64,000 nucleotides of DNA, from NCBI GenBank assembly GCA_012295275.1, contig CM022676.1:6758001-6822000 (forward strand), given 5' to 3'. The notes below the pieces were generated by a model. That model saw only the letters and a program-made list of their open reading frames with translations, was not told where the DNA came from and made no database searches. The number at the start of each line of letters is the position of its first letter. The first letter of the stretch is position 1. A program made the position numbers and the translations under genes. This document shows, piece after piece, positions 59,669 through 64,000 of the stretch. Origin of the DNA: Chrysomallon squamiferum (Eukaryota; Animalia; Mollusca).

Positions 59669-60788
59669 TGTGTATTTGTAGGATATATGTATAAGACGAT
59701 CAAAATGATTCTTATGTATATGTCTACACATGCGCAAATAAGTGCCTGTGTCTACATGTTTGTGTATATATCTTTAAAATGTTAATGTATCTGTACGTGT
59801 GTGTGCATGTGTGTTTTGTGCATTTTTTTCTGTACGATGATGTCTTTGTAGATTTCTGTGTGCATTCGTGCGTTATTATATCAGTGTGCTTTTGTCTGTG
59901 CGTTTTTCTGAGACCGTGCCTTTCAGCTTCAGAGTGAATTTGTTTAACATCTGAGCCTTTGTCTGCGTCCGTACATTTGTGAGTGTTTACCTCTGTGTCT
60001 TTGTCTAAATATTTGTCTGTCTGAGAGTGCATATATATATATATATTAGTCTGTAGATTTGTCTGTTTGTATCTTTGTCTGTATATTTGTCTGTATCTTT
60101 GTCTATATATTTGTCTGTGTGAGACTGCACATATATATATTAGTCTGTAGATTTGTCTGTCTGAGAGTGCATATATATATATTAGTCTGTAAATGTGTCT
60201 GTCTGTCTCTTTGTCTGTATATTTGTCTCTTTGTATCGTTGTCTGTATATTTGTCTGAGAGTGTGTGTATATATATTAGTCTGTATATTTGTCTGTTTGT
60301 ATCTTTGTCTATATATTAGTCTGTAGATTTGTCTGTCTGTTTGTCTGTATGTTTGTCTGTGTGTCGTGTGGACTGAAACTCGTAACACTTACAACTGAAA
60401 ATGGTCTGGTGGTCTCGCTCGCTGTACTGATCCATTGTGTACAGCGTTTGTTTTCCAATACTGTTGAGGTCCACCCCAGTCCAGTCCTCGAGCATCTGTG
60501 ACGTAATGTCCGCGCTCTGGACAACTGTCCGAGCCGTCTGACACAGATGACTGAGAGATGTCTGTCTTTTCAGAACCTGGCCAAACCGTCTGGCCACTAG
60601 AATAAAAAATAAAAAATGTAAAATTTATTATACGCTTTTTTTTCTTTTCTTTTTTATTAATTAATTTATTTAATGTTTGACGCGATCTGTGACTGAAGAT
60701 TTGCTTTAACAGCTCTTTCTTATTCTCTGACACGCACACACACACAGAGTGAGAGAGAGAGAGAGGGAGAGAGAGAAAGAGAGAGAGA

Positions 60789-60858
<70 letters not shown>

Positions 60859-60983
60859 GACAAGAGATAAAGAGAAAGAGACAGAGAGAGAGACAGAGGC
60901 AGACAGACAGAGAATGAGAGGGACAGACAGACAGAGACAGACAGAGACAGAAAATGACAGGGAGAGAATGAGAGGAGAGAGAC

Positions 60984-61059
<76 letters not shown>

Positions 61060-61219
61060 AACCAGTCTCTGGTTACTTACAGTCAAATTTAATTTTCTGC
61101 AGACTGTTGGGCAGGTTACTCAAAGCAATCTTCAACCACTCGTCCAGCTGCCGCGCGAACTTGCGAATCACGTGCATGAGACTAAAAATAGTAGTAAGAA
61201 CAATACATGTAATAATTAA

Positions 61220-61318
<99 letters not shown>

Positions 61319-61962
61319 TTTGACGGACAGATAATGAATGAGAAAGAGAAACAAACAAAAAAACATATGAAGAATCAGATATTTTGAATTACCATAGAAA
61401 TTGCAAATATTACCGTAACATATACTCGTTATAAATGTATGAATATTTTACTGTTTAAAAAAACATATTTAGAATCAGATATTTTGAATTACCAAAACAA
61501 AATAGTAAATATTACCGTATAGGCAACAATCAGATAAATGTATGAATATTCTACTGTTTAAAAAAACATATTTAGAATCAGATATTTTGAATTACCAAAA
61601 CAAAATAGTAACTATTACCGTACAGGCAACACATACAGGTTATAAATGTATGAATATTCTACTATTTGAAAAAGATATTTAGAATTAGATATTTTGAATT
61701 ACGGTGGAAATAGTAAATGTTACCGTACAGGCAACGTATAGAGGTTATAAATGTATGAATATTCTACTGTTTGAAAAAAGATATTTAGAATTAGGTACCT
61801 TTCTGGCAGTGCCTGTAGGACTGTAGGCATCAACACACTGGCTACAGCTTTGTACAGAATTGAGTCACAGACGCCTACGAGCATAATGACCGTGTCACAG
61901 TCTAAAATAGGAACCATGTGAGCGGGCATGCCTTGCCAGAAGTGCAAGAGAAAGTTCTGTAC
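54199..61962 (-). CDS. RFX4: RFX4-like transcription factor, 3' part (B/C/dimerization domains and C-tail). 11 exons: 61962-61799, 61181-61081, 60596-60393, 59296-59202, 58639-58522, 58284-58165, 57621-57478, 57150-57048, 56345-56222, 55569-55391, 54475-54199
   Basis: All introns are GT-AG with consistent phases. The spliced peptide includes [106 protein letters not shown]. From memory this matches RFX4 much better than RFX6. The DNA-binding domain is outside the window. Confidence 0.92.
55611..55676 (-). pseudogene. Intronic diverged copy of part of the RFX4 penultimate exon
   Basis: Ungapped 52/66 identity (hand count) to 55468-55533. Confidence 0.8.
56420..56915. repeat. Tandem duplication (~254-bp period, 2 copies) containing (TTA/TTG)n
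   Basis: CAGCAATATAATTTATTT..TTTTGAATGTTATTAATAGACAGATAGGAAATTTGAATTGTAG occurs twice. Confidence 0.9.
61372..61793. repeat. ~100-bp tandem repeat, about 4 copies, in an RFX4 intron
   Basis: AGAAT(C/T)AGATATTTTGAATTAC...TTACCGTA...ATAAATGTATGAATATT repeated; abuts the donor at 61798. Confidence 0.9.
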
Positions 61963-61979
61963 CTGAAATAATAATAATA

Positions 61980-62014
<35 letters not shown>

Positions 62015-62029
62015 TATAATAATGATGAT

Positions 62030-63575
62030 GAAATAATAATAATAGTAGTAGTAGTAGTAGTATTTGTAATAGTAATATTAATAGTAGTCATAATAATAAT
62101 AATAATGATGATGATGATGATGATGAAATAATAATAATAATAATAATAATAGTAGTAGTAGCAGTAGAAGTAGTATTTGTAATAGTAATATTAATAGTAG
62201 TAATATTAATAATAATAATAATGATGATGATGATGATAATGATGATGATGAAATAATAATACTAATAATAGTAGTAGTAGTAGTAGTAGTATTTGTAATA
62301 GTAATATTAATTGTAGTCATAATAATAATAATGATGATGATGATGATGATAATAGTAGTAGTAGTAGTAGTATTTGTAATAGTAATATTAATAGCATTCA
62401 TAATAATAATAATGATGATGATGATGATGATGATGAATAATAGTAGTAGTAGTAGTAGTAGTATTTGTAATATTAATATTAATAGTAGTCATAATAATAA
62501 TAAATGATGATGATGATGATGATGATGAAATAATAATAATAATAGTAGTAGTAGTAGTATGTGTAATAGTAATATTAATAGTAGTCATAATAATAATAAT
62601 AATGATGATGATGATGATGATAATAGTAGTAGTAGTAGTAGTATTTGTAATAGTAATATTAATAGCATTCATAATAATAATGATGATGATGATGATGATG
62701 ATGATAATAATAGTAGTAGTAGTAGTAATATTTGTAATAGTAATATTAATAGTAGTCATAATAATAATAATAATGATGATGATGATGATGATGATGAAAT
62801 AATAATAATAATAGTAGTAGTAGTAGTAGTAGTAGTATGTGTAATAGTAATATTAATAGTAGTCATAATAATAATAATAATAATGATGATGATGATGATG
62901 ATAATAGTAGTAGTAGTGGTAGTAGTATTTGTAATAGTAATATTAATAGTAGTCATAATAATAATAATAATAATAATAGTAGTAGTAGTAGTAGTAGTAG
63001 TATGTGTAATAGTAATATTAATAGTAGTCATAAATAATAATAATAATGATGATGATGATGATGATAATAGTAGTAGTAGTGGTAGTAGTATTTGTAATAG
63101 TAATATTAATAGTAGTCATAATAATAATGAGGATGATGATGAGGATGATGAAATAATAATAATAATAGTAGTAGTAGTAGTATGTGTAATAGTAATATTA
63201 ATAGTAGTCATAATAATAATAATAATGATGATGATGATGATAATGATGATAATAGTAGTAGTAGTGGTAGTAGTATTTGTAATAGTATTATTAATAGTAG
63301 TCATAATAATAATAATAATAATAATAATAATAGTATAGAGTGATGATGTAAATAAATTAATAGTAGTCATAATAATAATAATAATGATGATGATGATGAT
63401 GATAATAGTAGTAGTAGTGGTAGTAGTATTTGTAATAGTAATATTAATAGTAGTCATAATAATAATAATAATAATGATGATGATGATGATGATAATGATG
63501 AGAATAGTAGTAGTAGTGGTAGTAGTATTTGTAATAGTAATATTAATAGTAGTAATAATAATAATAATAATAATA
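62030..63575. repeat. Higher-order repeat of fixed anchors separated by variable (AAT)n(GAT)n(AGT)n
   Basis: About 17 copies of TGTAATAGTAATATTAATAGTAGTCAT or close variants. Confidence 0.9.
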
Positions 63576-63960
63576 ATGTCATCATTCTCTTTAATCGACA
63601 TTAATAAACAGTTTATTATTTTTTAGACAATAATAAACAAATTTAATAAATTATGGTAGTAGCAGTAACATAAAAATAATGATAATAATGATGATGATAC
63701 AAATTCATGAAACACTTTTAAATGGCATCTCCTTGCATTTTTATCCCGAGCCTATTAACGTTTTCATAAGGCCCTAAAATACTGTTACAATTATACTGGA
63801 TCAAAGATATATTTTTAACAAATTTCTACGAAAGTAATGGCGTCACAAAGAACCGAAAATTGCAGTCTCAGTGAGTCTTAATGTGTTATCATCGTATTTT
63901 AGTGTTAGCAAAATCTGTCAGTTTCGCAGCAAAAATACATTAATTGAAAATTGTCATGCA

Positions 63961-63974
63961 GTTGTCATAGCAAC
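63961..63974. promoter_or_regulatory. Candidate X-box GTTGTC-AT-AGCAAC inside an RFX4 intron
   Basis: Fits the RTHNYY-WT-RRNRAC X-box consensus and lies in non-repetitive intronic sequence. Confidence 0.45.
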
Positions 63975-64000
63975 AATTAGTTCACACCTATATATATATA

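Overview
AT-rich, microsatellite-dense animal genomic DNA with spliced genes. It looks lophotrochozoan and probably molluscan; that is an inference from gene style, not a database match. Nearly all supplied ORFs are microsatellite artefacts. Manual splicing gives four genes. (1) A small orphan secreted protein, + strand, 1213-4707, with two candidate phase-compatible last exons. (2) A large orphan secreted protein, + strand, 10987-19818 and probably extending to 28099 (642 or 732 aa); it is Cys-free after the signal peptide, rich in Arg/Pro/Tyr/Ser, and built from RGYP/RxYP motifs. (3) A GT31 beta-1,3-galactosyltransferase-like gene with a single coding exon, + strand, 49817-50872. (4) The 3' eleven exons of an RFX4 transcription factor, - strand, 61962-54199; its DNA-binding exons lie beyond the window. 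Also present are a hAT/Charlie-type MITE with TIRs and TSD, tRNA-derived SINE-like fragments, a ~450-bp local duplication, several minisatellites, candidate X-boxes and an excess of TGACGTCA. The most novel signal is the tandem pair of unrecognised secreted Arg/Tyr-rich proteins, a candidate biomaterial (matrix or adhesive) locus.
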